Shown: positions 1-8,479 of the stretch, piece by piece
Layout: each line of letters starts with the position of its first letter
How positions within the stretch are numbered: the first letter of the stretch is position 1
From: an uncultured Gemmatimonadales bacterium
Lineage (GTDB): Bacteria > Gemmatimonadota > Gemmatimonadetes > Gemmatimonadales > GWC2-71-9
Direction: 5' to 3'
NCBI GenBank assembly: GCA_963822925.1
Contig: CAWGJN010000001.1
Coordinates: 345,622-409,621, forward strand
Length of the DNA: 64,000 nt
Translations under genes and position numbers: made by a program
The notes under the pieces: generated by a model
Databases searched by the model: none
What the model was told of the DNA's origin: nothing
Seen by the model: the letters and a program-made list of their open reading frames with translations, nothing else

Positions 1-4
1 CGGC

Positions 5-33
5 TTGACAGGGACAGGGGTATCGCGTATCTC
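5..33 (+). promoter_or_regulatory. candidate sigma70-type promoter (TTGACA-17 nt-TATCTC) for the leader of the thrC-like operon
   Basis: TTGACA at 5-10, a 17-nt spacer, then TATCTC at 28-33. By-eye match only, and the window edge removes upstream context. Confidence 0.3.
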
Positions 34-39
34 TGATTA

Positions 40-110
40 CGACAATTGATTCGTGGTCATTTGCCGCGTATTGCAGCCACGTTAAATAAATGCTAAAAAG
101 CGAGACGTCC
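40..110 (+). promoter_or_regulatory. AT-rich structured 5' leader (candidate riboswitch/attenuator sensor region)
   Basis: Non-coding AT-rich stretch in a GC-rich window. Hairpin CGTGG(52-56)/CCACG(77-81) is followed by the A-rich tail TTAAATAAATGCTAAAAAGC(82-101), directly upstream of a terminator and a sulfur amino-acid type operon. Confidence 0.35.
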
Positions 111-136
111 GCGCCTCGTTGCCGCGGGCGCTTTTT
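111..136 (+). terminator. intrinsic terminator inside the 5' leader (attenuator)
   Basis: GCGCCTCG-TTGC-CG(C)GGGCGC stem-loop at 111-131 followed by TTTTT at 132-136. It lies 28 nt upstream of the first ATG of the CDS. Confidence 0.55.
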
Positions 137-163
137 GTCGTCGCCAGCTCCAGGGCGACAGGG

Positions 164-1435
164 ATGCCGTGCATGACCGCAGCTGCCGTTTCGCACCAGG
201 TCCGAGCGCTTCCGCTCCGCTGCCGCAATTGTGGCGTCGAGCGCGAGGCGGCCCCGGTCGCGATCTGTGAAGAGTGCCTCGGCCCGCTCGAGCCGCTGTA
301 CGATGCTGCCCGGCACCTGCCGACGCGCAAGGAGATCGCCGCACGCGCACCGTCGCTGTGGCGCTATCGCGAGTGGCTTCCGCTCGACGGCGACCCGCCC
401 TACTCCCACGACACCGGCTTCACCCCGCTGCTCGAGGTGCCGCGTCTTGCGCCGCTGCTGGGCGTGGCGCGCGTCTGGGTGAAAAACGATGCTGTGTCCC
501 ACCCCAGCCTGTCGTTCAAGGACCGGGTGGTGGCGACGGCGATCAATGCCGCGGCGGCGTTCGGCCTCGACACGGTTGGCTGCGCGTCCACTGGCAACCT
601 GGCCAACGCGGTCGCCGCGCAGGCTGCGCGCGCCGGCCTGCCGGCGTGGATCTTCATTCCCGACAACCTCGAGCACGGAAAGGTCGTCGGCACCTCGGTG
701 TATGCGCCCAATCTGGTGCGCATCCGCGGCACCTACGACGACGTGAACCGGCTCTGCGCCCAGGTGGCGGATCGCTTCGGGTGGGGCATCGTGAACGTCA
801 ACCTGCGTTCCTACTACGGCGAGGGATCGAAGACCTTCGCGTTCGAGATCGCCGAGCAGCTCGGCTGGCGCCTCCCCACCGCTGTGGTGGCGCCGATGGC
901 CGGCGGCTCGCTCGTGACGAAACTGGGCAAGGGCTTTCGTGAGTTCGTGTCGGCCGGCCTGGTGGAGGGCGAACTTCCGCGGTTGTATGGCGCGCAGGCC
1001 TCGGGTTGCGCTCCGATCGTGCGGCTGGTCGAGCGGGGCGATGGGCAGCTCATTCCCGAGATCCCGGACACGATCGCGCGCTCGATCGCGATCGGGAACC
1101 CGGCCGATGGCGCCTATGCGGCTGAGTCGATCCGGAAGTCGGGTGGATGGGCCGCGAGCGTGAGCGACACCGAGCTGGTGAAGGGCATCAAGTTGCTCGC
1201 CGAGACCGCGGGCATCTTCACCGAGACCGCCGGTGGCGTGACGCTGGCCAGCGCGCTCGAACTGGCACGCGGCGGGCACTTCCGCGCCGATGACGAAGTA
1301 GTGCTGTGCATTACGGGCAACGGCCTCAAGACGACCGAGGCCCTGAGTGGTTCGCTGGACGAGGCACCGGTGCTGGCACCTCGGCTCCGCGACGTTGCGG
1401 AGCTCGTGGCGCGCACACCGCCGCCTTCACGCTGA
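164..1435 (+). CDS. threonine-synthase-family PLP enzyme with N-terminal 4-Cys zinc ribbon (MetM-like candidate thiocarboxylate-dependent synthase)
   Basis: ORF-track frame 119..1435. The first ATG is at 164; the TTG at 119 sits in the terminator loop. Motifs: CRNCG-x12-CEEC ribbon, SFKDRV PLP-lysine motif, fold-type II architecture. Confidence 0.8.
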   Translation: MPCMTAAAVSHQVRALPLRCRNCGVEREAAPVAICEECLGPLEPLYDAARHLPTRKEIAARAPSLWRYREWLPLDGDPPYSHDTGFTPLLEVPRLAPLLGVARVWVKNDAVSHPSLSFKDRVVATAINAAAAFGLDTVGCASTGNLANAVAAQAARAGLPAWIFIPDNLEHGKVVGTSVYAPNLVRIRGTYDDVNRLCAQVADRFGWGIVNVNLRSYYGEGSKTFAFEIAEQLGWRLPTAVVAPMAGGSLVTKLGKGFREFVSAGLVEGELPRLYGAQASGCAPIVRLVERGDGQLIPEIPDTIARSIAIGNPADGAYAAESIRKSGGWAASVSDTELVKGIKLLAETAGIFTETAGGVTLASALELARGGHFRADDEVVLCITGNGLKTTEALSGSLDEAPVLAPRLRDVAELVARTPPPSR

Positions 1436-1448
1436 GGAGGGTTTCACC

Positions 1449-1724
1449 ATGTCCGTCACCTTGTCCCTGCCCGCCGTCCTGACCCGTCTCACCGACGGCG
1501 CCCGCACCATCGAGGCGACCGGTGCCACGGTGGGCGACGTGGTGCACGACGTAGCAGGCCGGTTCCCGCAGCTCGCCCCGCGCCTGCGCGACGAGCAGGG
1601 CAATCCGTATTCCTTCGTGACGTTCTACCTGAACGACGAGGACATTCGCTTCACCGGTGGCTTTGCCACCGTCGTGCGGGATGGCGATGAGCTCATCATC
1701 GTGCCCGCGATTGCCGGAGGATGA
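1449..1724 (+). CDS. ThiS/MoaD/CysO-like ubiquitin-fold sulfur carrier protein ending in Gly-Gly
   Basis: Internal ATG of ORF 1347..1724 with GGAGG about 9 nt upstream. 91 aa; the C-terminus is ...VPAIAGG-stop. Confidence 0.75.
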   Translation: MSVTLSLPAVLTRLTDGARTIEATGATVGDVVHDVAGRFPQLAPRLRDEQGNPYSFVTFYLNDEDIRFTGGFATVVRDGDELIIVPAIAGG

Positions 1725-1728
1725 ACCG

Positions 1729-2901
1729 ATGACCGCCACATCCATCGCCGCGGAGCCGCTGCCCGAGCTGGGCAACGACGAGATCCTGCGCTACAGCCGC
1801 CACCTCATCCTGCCGGAGTTCGGGCTCGACGCGCAGCGCAAGCTCAAGGCGTCGAGCGTGCTCGTTGTCGGCGCCGGCGGCCTGGGCTCGCCCCTGGGAC
1901 TCTACCTGGCCGCCGCCGGCGTCGGCCGCCTCGGTATCGTCGACTTCGACGTGGTGGATGCCACCAACCTGCAGCGACAGATCATCCATGGCACCGCCGA
2001 CGTGGGCCGTCCGAAGCTCGACTCGGCGCGCGACCGCATCCAGGGACTGAATCCGCACGTGGATGTGCAGACGTATGAGGCGCGCTTCACCTCGGAGAAC
2101 GCGCTCGACATCGCGCGCGACTACGACCTCGTGATCGACGGAACTGACAATTTCCCGACGCGCTACCTGGTGAACGACGCCTGCGTGCTGCTGGGGAAGC
2201 CGAACGTATACGGCAGCATCTTCCGGTTTGAGGGACAGGCGTCGGTGCTCGCGACCGACACCGGCCCGTGCTACCGCTGCCTGTTCCGCGACCCACCGCC
2301 CCCGGGCCTGGTGCCAAGCTGTGCCGAGGGTGGCGTGCTCGGGGTGCTGCCGGGCCTTGTCGGCGTCATCCAGGCCACGGAAGCGATCAAGCTGCTCACC
2401 GGCATCGGCGAGCCGCTGATCGGGCGGCTGCTGCTGGTGGATGCGCTGCGCATGCAGTTCCGGACGCTCAAGATTCACCGCGACCCGCTCTGCCCGGCCT
2501 GCGGGACGCGCGAGATCCAGTCGCTGATCGACTATGAACAGTTCTGCGGGCTGAACGACGAGGATACGAGCGTGGATGTGACCATTCCGGAACTGACACC
2601 TGTGCAGCTCGCCGCGCGCATCGAGCGGGGCGAGGACTTTGACCTGATTGACGTGCGGGAGCCGCAGGAATGGGCGATCGCGCAGTTGCCGGGTGCGCGC
2701 CTGGTACCACTGGGCACGCTGCCGGCGACACTCGGCTCGCTCGACAGCGCACGCGAGATCGTGGTCTACTGCAAGGGCGGTGTCCGCAGCCTCCGCGCCG
2801 CGACGCAACTCCGCGCCGCGGGCTTCCGGAAGGTGTCGAACCTCACTGGCGGCATCCTGCGCTGGAGTGCCGACGTCGACCCCAGCGTGCCGACCTACTG
2901 A
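1729..2901 (+). CDS. moeZ: MoeB/ThiF-type adenylyltransferase fused to a C-terminal rhodanese (MoeZ-type sulfur-carrier activating enzyme)
   Basis: ATG 4 nt after the carrier stop. Motifs: GAGGLG nucleotide loop, CYRC and CPAC pairs, C-terminal rhodanese loop CKGGVRS. Confidence 0.8.
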   Translation: MTATSIAAEPLPELGNDEILRYSRHLILPEFGLDAQRKLKASSVLVVGAGGLGSPLGLYLAAAGVGRLGIVDFDVVDATNLQRQIIHGTADVGRPKLDSARDRIQGLNPHVDVQTYEARFTSENALDIARDYDLVIDGTDNFPTRYLVNDACVLLGKPNVYGSIFRFEGQASVLATDTGPCYRCLFRDPPPPGLVPSCAEGGVLGVLPGLVGVIQATEAIKLLTGIGEPLIGRLLLVDALRMQFRTLKIHRDPLCPACGTREIQSLIDYEQFCGLNDEDTSVDVTIPELTPVQLAARIERGEDFDLIDVREPQEWAIAQLPGARLVPLGTLPATLGSLDSAREIVVYCKGGVRSLRAATQLRAAGFRKVSNLTGGILRWSADVDPSVPTY

Positions 2902-3038
2902 TGAAGCATTCGCTGATGACGCAAGCACCGAGCATGCCCATGCCCTGTTGTTGTGACCGTTGGATGCGACGGTCGGGGCGGAGGCATGTCCGGTGGTCAG
3001 CGCCATAGTGGCGTAACGACTCTCGCATGCATCACCCC

Positions 3039-3067
3039 GACCCACCTGACCGGTGGGTTTTTCTTTT
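3039..3067 (+). terminator. intrinsic terminator after moeZ
   Basis: CCCACC-TGACC-GGTGGG hairpin at 3041-3057 followed by TTTTTCTTTT. Confidence 0.55.
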
Positions 3068-3090
3068 CAACCTTGCACGGAGAAAACATC

Positions 3091-3990
3091 ATGACCGCTA
3101 CACAGCCCGCTCCCACGAGCACGACGAACCCCATCGCGGAGCGGGGCTACGCCCGCCCCGACATCCTGGTCTCCACCGCGTGGCTCGCCGAGCACATCGA
3201 CAGCCCGAAGCTGCGCATCCTGGAGAGCGACGAGGACGTCCTGCTGTACGATCTGGGGCACATCCGGGGGGCGCAGAAGATCGACTGGCACGACGACCTC
3301 AACGATCCCCTCGTGCGCGACTACATCGACCACCTGGGGTTCGAGCTCCTGCTGCGCCGGCTCGGCATCGACCAGACCACGACGGTGGTGCTGTACGGCG
3401 ACCGGAACAACTGGTGGGCCACCTACGCGTTCTGGGTGTTCCGCCTCTTCGGGTTCCCAGAGTCGCGGCTGCGGCTGCTCGACGGTGGGCGCGCGGCGTG
3501 GGAGGCGGAGGGGCGACCGCTGGTGACGTCGCTGAGGACCTTCCCGGCAAGCCGCTACCGGGGCCTCAAGCGCGACGACAAGGCACTGCGTGCATTCCGG
3601 GAGGACGTGCAGGAGCATTCGGCCCGGGGGCGCCCGCTGATCGACGTGCGCTCACCCGATGAGTTCACCGGCCGCAAGCTGCACCTGCCAGAGTATCCAC
3701 AGGAGGGCGTGCTGCGCGGGGGACACGTGCCGGGCGCGCGCAACGTACCCTGGGCGCGGGCGGCCAATGCTGACGGCAGCTTCAAAGACTCCCGCTCACT
3801 GCGGGCGATCTACGAGGGTGAGGCCGGGCTCGATCCGCGCGACAACGTCATCACCTATTGCCGCATCGGCGAGCGGTCGAGCCACACCTGGTTCGTGCTG
3901 ACGTACCTGCTGGGTTACCCGAGCGTGCGGAACTACGACGGAAGCTGGACCGAGTGGGGCAATGCGGTCGGACTGCCGATCGAAAAGTAG
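3091..3990 (+). CDS. thiosulfate/3-mercaptopyruvate sulfurtransferase (tandem rhodanese domains)
   Basis: ATG at 3091 within ORF 2953..3990, with GGAG upstream. Two rhodanese domains; active-site loop CRIGERSS. Confidence 0.8.
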   Translation: MTATQPAPTSTTNPIAERGYARPDILVSTAWLAEHIDSPKLRILESDEDVLLYDLGHIRGAQKIDWHDDLNDPLVRDYIDHLGFELLLRRLGIDQTTTVVLYGDRNNWWATYAFWVFRLFGFPESRLRLLDGGRAAWEAEGRPLVTSLRTFPASRYRGLKRDDKALRAFREDVQEHSARGRPLIDVRSPDEFTGRKLHLPEYPQEGVLRGGHVPGARNVPWARAANADGSFKDSRSLRAIYEGEAGLDPRDNVITYCRIGERSSHTWFVLTYLLGYPSVRNYDGSWTEWGNAVGLPIEK

Positions 3991-4008
3991 CCCTCGGTAT
4001 TGCGCCTT

Positions 4009-4034
4009 CAGGGGTGTCCAACCGGACACCCCTG
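4009..4034. terminator. perfect 11-bp hairpin between convergent genes
   Basis: CAGGGGTGTCC-AACC-GGACACCCCTG. No T-tract, so this is a hairpin-only call. Confidence 0.4.
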
Positions 4035-4096
4035 GCGGCGCTGTATTCCTGCTCCAGCGCATACGGGCCATCGAGACTCCGCTGCCCGTCCGTATG

Positions 4097-4591
4097 CTAC
4101 CTGAAAACCGCCGCGAACTGCTGGGCGACCTGCGGCCCGGCCTTCTCGCTCACGACCTCCACCATGGCCGGAATCATCTGATGGAGTTGGTCGCGCGAAA
4201 TCCCGATGTTCTTGAGCGAGCCCGAGAGGCTCGTGAGCCCGTACATCTCGCTGGGCATGCCGAGCTTGGTGCCTTCATTGATCATCGCATCGCTGCCCGG
4301 GAACGAGTTCTTCACCTTGGTGAAATCGCCTGGCTGCATCGATCTCTTCGCATAGTAGAGTATGCTGCCCATGCCTTGAGCCGTCTGTGTCGGGGTCAGC
4401 CCGGGCACGGAACTCTGCACCTCGTTCACCACCTCCGCGGACGGGTGGAACGGGTACTCCAGGGGGGACGCCGTGCCGGCCGGTGCCGCGGCGGTGTTCC
4501 CGCCACACGCCGCCGCGACCGCGATGGCCATGCACGCGAGGGTGGAACCGGACAGCCTGTCTGATCTAGCCGCGATTATGGCCATAAGCAC
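4097..4591 (-). CDS. DUF2780-like lipoprotein
   Basis: Signal/lipobox ...IAVAAAC. Repeated 'LG(L/I)S.DQ..' style helical motifs typical of DUF2780. Confidence 0.5.
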   Translation of the reverse strand: MLMAIIAARSDRLSGSTLACMAIAVAAACGGNTAAAPAGTASPLEYPFHPSAEVVNEVQSSVPGLTPTQTAQGMGSILYYAKRSMQPGDFTKVKNSFPGSDAMINEGTKLGMPSEMYGLTSLSGSLKNIGISRDQLHQMIPAMVEVVSEKAGPQVAQQFAAVFR

Positions 4592-4683
4592 CTCCGCGGA
4601 CGGCGTGGGCAGACGCAGCGCACCTTGCGATGCTGTGGGATTCGGGCTCCTTCATCCATTACGAGCAGAGTCCCACCACGGTG

Positions 4684-5154
4684 TCAGGCTGCGAGCGGCA
4701 TCCTGGCGGATTCGTCGGTAGGCGGGGTAGTGGGCGCGGTTCGGCGCCAGTCGAGGCAGGCGAGGATGAGGCAGGCGGTGATCGATACGGTGGAGATGAA
4801 GCACCAGGGACAGAAGACCCTGAGCACCACCCACTCGCCGTACTTGAGCCGCAGGGTGAACAGGAAGGCGGGAATGATGAGCGCCAGCAGCGCCGCGCTC
4901 ATGCGCCGAGAGTCGACATGGCGCGGCTGGATGCTCAGCAGCGCCAGCAGCACGAGCATCCCATAGCCCACCGCGCCGATGAGGGCCACATCGACGCCCA
5001 GGAACCATCCAAAGCGGCTGAACTGCGCGATTTCGCAGCCGCCGCCCGCGGTGCAGACCAGCGTACCGACACGCCCCGTCTTCCAGAGGTGCAGGTAGGT
5101 GGCCACGAGGCAGTTGACGAGCGCCAGCACCGCAATCGTCATGCGGTACGTCAT
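4684..5154 (-). CDS. vitamin K epoxide reductase (VKOR) family membrane protein
   Basis: Multi-TM protein with loop cysteine pair CTAGGGC and CPWC redox motif. Its start overlaps the leuS stop (ATGA). Confidence 0.7.
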   Translation of the reverse strand: MTYRMTIAVLALVNCLVATYLHLWKTGRVGTLVCTAGGGCEIAQFSRFGWFLGVDVALIGAVGYGMLVLLALLSIQPRHVDSRRMSAALLALIIPAFLFTLRLKYGEWVVLRVFCPWCFISTVSITACLILACLDWRRTAPTTPPTDESARMPLAA

Positions 5155-7649
5155 GCTCCGCCCAGCACCAGGTTGAGGAGCCGGTTCGGCACGTAGATCA
5201 CTTTCTGCACCGACTTGCCCTCGAGGAATTTGGCGATCTGGGGCTGGGCCCGAGCCGCCTCCACCACCACCGCCTCGATGGCATTGCGGGCCACCGTGAC
5301 GCGACCGCGGGTCTTGCCGCCCACCTGCACGGCCACCTCAGCGGTGTCGTCCACCAGCATGGTGGGATCGTACCCCGGCCACTGCGCATCGAACACCGAT
5401 GTCGTGTGCCCGAGCCGCTCCCAGCACTCTTCGGCGAAGTGCGGAGCGAACGGCGCCAGCAGGATCACGAACTCCTCCACCATTTCGTGCTCGCAGCTGC
5501 CGCTCTCACGAATGGCGTTGAGCATCTCCATCATCGCCGCGATCGCGGTGTTGTAGCCCAGGCTCTCGAGATCGTCGGTGACCTTCTTCTTGGTGCGGTG
5601 CCACTTGGCCAGCACGGGCCGCAGTACTTCCCCGCCCCGCTCACCTTCGGCCAGGCACTCGCCGACGAGGTGCCACACCTTGTCGAGGAAGCGGCGGATA
5701 CCGTTGATGCCGGCATCGCGGAAATCGCCGCCCTCCTGGAAGGGACCCAGGAACATCAGATACATGCGGAAGCTGTCGGCGCCCCAGCGGTCGATGTACT
5801 CGTCGGGGATCACCACGTTCCCCTTCGACTTGGACATCTTGGCGCCGTCCTTCACGATCAGCCCATGCGCGCGGAACTTCCGGAACGGCTCGTCGAAGCC
5901 GACCTGTCCCAGCTCGTGCAGCACCATGGCGAGGAAGCGCGAGTACAGCAGGTGAAGCACGGCGTGCTCGTTGCCGCCGATGTACGTGGCGACCGGGCAC
6001 CACTTCGCGGTGCGCGCCGGATCGAACGGCCGGTCGTCGAACTCGCTGCTCGGGAAGCGCAGGTAGTACCACGCGGAATCGAGGAATGTGTCGGAGACGT
6101 CCGTCTCTCGGCGCGCGCGCTTGCCGCAGGTGGGGCATGGCACGAAGTACCACTCCTCGTGCCGCGCGAGCGGCGAGATGCCGGTATCGTCGGGCCGGAA
6201 GTCATCGATGGCGGGCAGGACCACGGGCAGGTCCTTCTCCGGCACTGCCACCGGGCCGCACTCATCGCAATAGATGATGGGAATGGGTGGTCCCCAGTAG
6301 CGCTGCCGGGAGATGCACCAGTCGTAGAGCCGGTACTGGACGCGGACCCTGGCCAGGTCCTGCTTCGCCAGCCAGTCGGTGATCGCACGCTTCGCCTGCT
6401 CCGGCGCCATGTCGTCGAACTCACCGGAGTTGACCAGGCGCGCGCCGGCGGTCTCGATATAGGCGTGCTCGAGCGGGGCACTCCCGTCTTCGCCGGGACC
6501 CGCGATCACGCGGGTGATCTCGAGCCCGAACTTCGTGGCGAACTCGAAGTCGCGCTCATCATGTGCCGGCACGGCCATGATGGCGCCGGTGCCGTACTCC
6601 ATCAGCACGTAGTCCGCGATCCAGATCGGAACGCGCTCTTCGGAGGCCGGGTTGATCGCGTAGGTGCCGGTGAAGACACCGGACTTCTCCTTCTCTCCCA
6701 CCTTGCGCGACACGAGGTCCTGCGCCGCGGCCGCCTTGCGGTAGGCATCCACCGCCTTCTTCTGTTCAGCGGTGGTCAACTGATCGACGAGCGGATGCTC
6801 CGGTGCCAGCACCAGGAACGTGGCGCCAAATACGGTATCGGGCCGCGTAGTGAACACGGTGATCGTGTCACCCGGATCCCAGTCCACCTCGAACGTGAGT
6901 TCGGTGCCCTCCGACCGGCCGATCCAGTTGCGCTGGGCGGTCGCGGTGGTGTCCGACCAGTCCATCTTCGACTTGTCGTCCAGGTTCTCGAGCAGCCGCC
7001 CGGCATAATCGGTGATCCGGAAGAACCACTGCTCGAGGAAACGCTGCTCAACTGCCGCACCGCAACGCTCGCAGCGGCCGTTGACCACCTGCTCGTTGGC
7101 GAGCACGGTCTTGTCGTTGGGACACCAGTTGACCGCCGCCTTCTTTTTGTAGGCCTTGCCCGCCTTGAAGAGCTGCAGGAAGAGCCACTGGGTCCACTTG
7201 TAGTAGCTGGGCTCGGTGGTGGCCAGTTCGTGGCGCCAGTCGAACATGCCGCCCACGCGGATGAGCTGCCGCCGAAAGTTCGCGATGTTGCGCGGGATCA
7301 GCTCGGCCGGGTTGATGCCGAGCTTGATCGCGTAGTTCTCGCTGTGGATGCCGAAGGCGTCGTAGCCGATGGGCTCGAAGACATCGAACCCGCGCAGCCG
7401 CTGGAAGCGGCCGAACACGTCGCTTCCTGTGAAGGCGAACATGTTCCCCACGTGCAGCCCTTCGGCCGACGGATACGGGAACATCATGAGGTTGTAAAAC
7501 GGCCGCGTGGCACCGTCGAGATCGGGCTCGTTGGTGTGACGCTCGACCCAGCGCGCCTGCCACTTGGCCTCGACCAGGTCGGGACGGTAGCCGTCGTTGC
7601 CTTCGGGTTGGACGGCGGCGGGCGATGTCGTGCTGTCGCTGGGGTTCAT
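5151..7649 (-). CDS. leuS: leucine--tRNA ligase
   Basis: 832 aa. Motifs: PYPSAEGLHVGN (HIGH-type) and KMSKSKGN; CxxC editing/zinc regions. Confidence 0.95.
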   Translation of the reverse strand: MNPSDSTTSPAAVQPEGNDGYRPDLVEAKWQARWVERHTNEPDLDGATRPFYNLMMFPYPSAEGLHVGNMFAFTGSDVFGRFQRLRGFDVFEPIGYDAFGIHSENYAIKLGINPAELIPRNIANFRRQLIRVGGMFDWRHELATTEPSYYKWTQWLFLQLFKAGKAYKKKAAVNWCPNDKTVLANEQVVNGRCERCGAAVEQRFLEQWFFRITDYAGRLLENLDDKSKMDWSDTTATAQRNWIGRSEGTELTFEVDWDPGDTITVFTTRPDTVFGATFLVLAPEHPLVDQLTTAEQKKAVDAYRKAAAAQDLVSRKVGEKEKSGVFTGTYAINPASEERVPIWIADYVLMEYGTGAIMAVPAHDERDFEFATKFGLEITRVIAGPGEDGSAPLEHAYIETAGARLVNSGEFDDMAPEQAKRAITDWLAKQDLARVRVQYRLYDWCISRQRYWGPPIPIIYCDECGPVAVPEKDLPVVLPAIDDFRPDDTGISPLARHEEWYFVPCPTCGKRARRETDVSDTFLDSAWYYLRFPSSEFDDRPFDPARTAKWCPVATYIGGNEHAVLHLLYSRFLAMVLHELGQVGFDEPFRKFRAHGLIVKDGAKMSKSKGNVVIPDEYIDRWGADSFRMYLMFLGPFQEGGDFRDAGINGIRRFLDKVWHLVGECLAEGERGGEVLRPVLAKWHRTKKKVTDDLESLGYNTAIAAMMEMLNAIRESGSCEHEMVEEFVILLAPFAPHFAEECWERLGHTTSVFDAQWPGYDPTMLVDDTAEVAVQVGGKTRGRVTVARNAIEAVVVEAARAQPQIAKFLEGKSVQKVIYVPNRLLNLVLGGA

Positions 7650-7808
7650 AGGACCCGCAAATCTATAGGCCGTGGGGGGTTACCGCCAATCGCGCGAAAG
7701 GCAGGCACGACGTAACGGTTGCGGCGATTTGAGGCAAGCGGTCTTGCGGCCACTGCGCTCGCGCGGTACATCATCTGATCACGCACAATTATCGAGGAAT
7801 TTCCCGTC

Positions 7809-8345
7809 ATGAGCACTCGAACCACCCGCACTACGAAGCGCGCACCGCGGACCAGGACGCCCGAGCCGGCGCCGGAACCGGTGACAGCGCTGCCGTCATA
7901 TGCCCGGGGCAACCCGCTGACCCATTCGGTGACGTTCACCGACGAGGGCGGCACCTGCTGGCTGGTGTACGTCGAACCGGCACCGCCCGAACCGGCGCTC
8001 TGGCCCAACGCTGCGGTGCTGCCGGGCCGGCGCCTGCGCTTCGATTCGCTCGAGTCATCCGCCACGGTGTCGCCCTTTCCTGCTGGTGCCCCGTTCCTCC
8101 ACGAGCGCTCCCTGCAAGGCCTGCTCAACCAGGCGCGCTCACTGACCAATGGCACGGTGGCGCTGCCTCAGCGGCCGCGCCCCGCGGTGGCGCCCGACCT
8201 GCCGAACGAGCCAATGCGCCAGCAGTTGACCAGCGTGGTGAACTCACGCGGCGGGCTTGGCTACCAGCTGTCGCGCCTGATGCAGCCGATTGCCCTGGTG
8301 CTCATGGTGATCAAGGACATGATCCTGCCCAGAGGGCGCAGCTGA
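7809..8345 (+). CDS. hypothetical protein
   Basis: 178-aa ORF with strong GC3 bias in this frame. The overlapping antisense ORF 7646..8155 lacks such bias. Confidence 0.55.
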   Translation: MSTRTTRTTKRAPRTRTPEPAPEPVTALPSYARGNPLTHSVTFTDEGGTCWLVYVEPAPPEPALWPNAAVLPGRRLRFDSLESSATVSPFPAGAPFLHERSLQGLLNQARSLTNGTVALPQRPRPAVAPDLPNEPMRQQLTSVVNSRGGLGYQLSRLMQPIALVLMVIKDMILPRGRS

Positions 8346-8361
8346 ACGAATCAGATAAGAC

Positions 8362-8385
8362 TTGGCGAGCCATGCGGCTCGCCAG
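8362..8385 (+). terminator. 10-bp hairpin downstream of 7809..8345
   Basis: TTGGCGAGCC-ATGC-GGCTCGCCAG. No T-tract. Confidence 0.35.
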
Positions 8386-8479
8386 GTGGCAGTGACCTGA
8401 CACCGTCCCTGCACCTTCCCCCCTCTTAACATTCCGCTCTTCCAGCTGCCGTTACCGCAACTCCTTGGGCGAGATCCGC

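Noticed and set aside
40-110. Firm assignment of the leader to the SAM-II/SAM-V riboswitch class
   Set aside because: Only a superficial resemblance (hairpin plus a GCUAAAAAGC-type tail). I could not find the loop-tail pseudoknot pairing by eye. It is kept as an unclassified riboswitch/attenuator candidate.
119-163. TTG start at 119 for the thrC-like gene, as in the ORF track
   Set aside because: The TTG lies in the loop of the leader terminator hairpin (111-131) and the T5 tract would be translated. The first ATG at 164 (or 173) precedes the conserved zinc-ribbon and is a more plausible start.
5406-7715. 769-aa ORF on the + strand
   Set aside because: It lies entirely antisense to leuS, whose product has unmistakable class-I synthetase motifs. 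The translation is Arg/Ala/Gly/Leu/Val-rich with no motifs, a typical high-GC antisense artefact.
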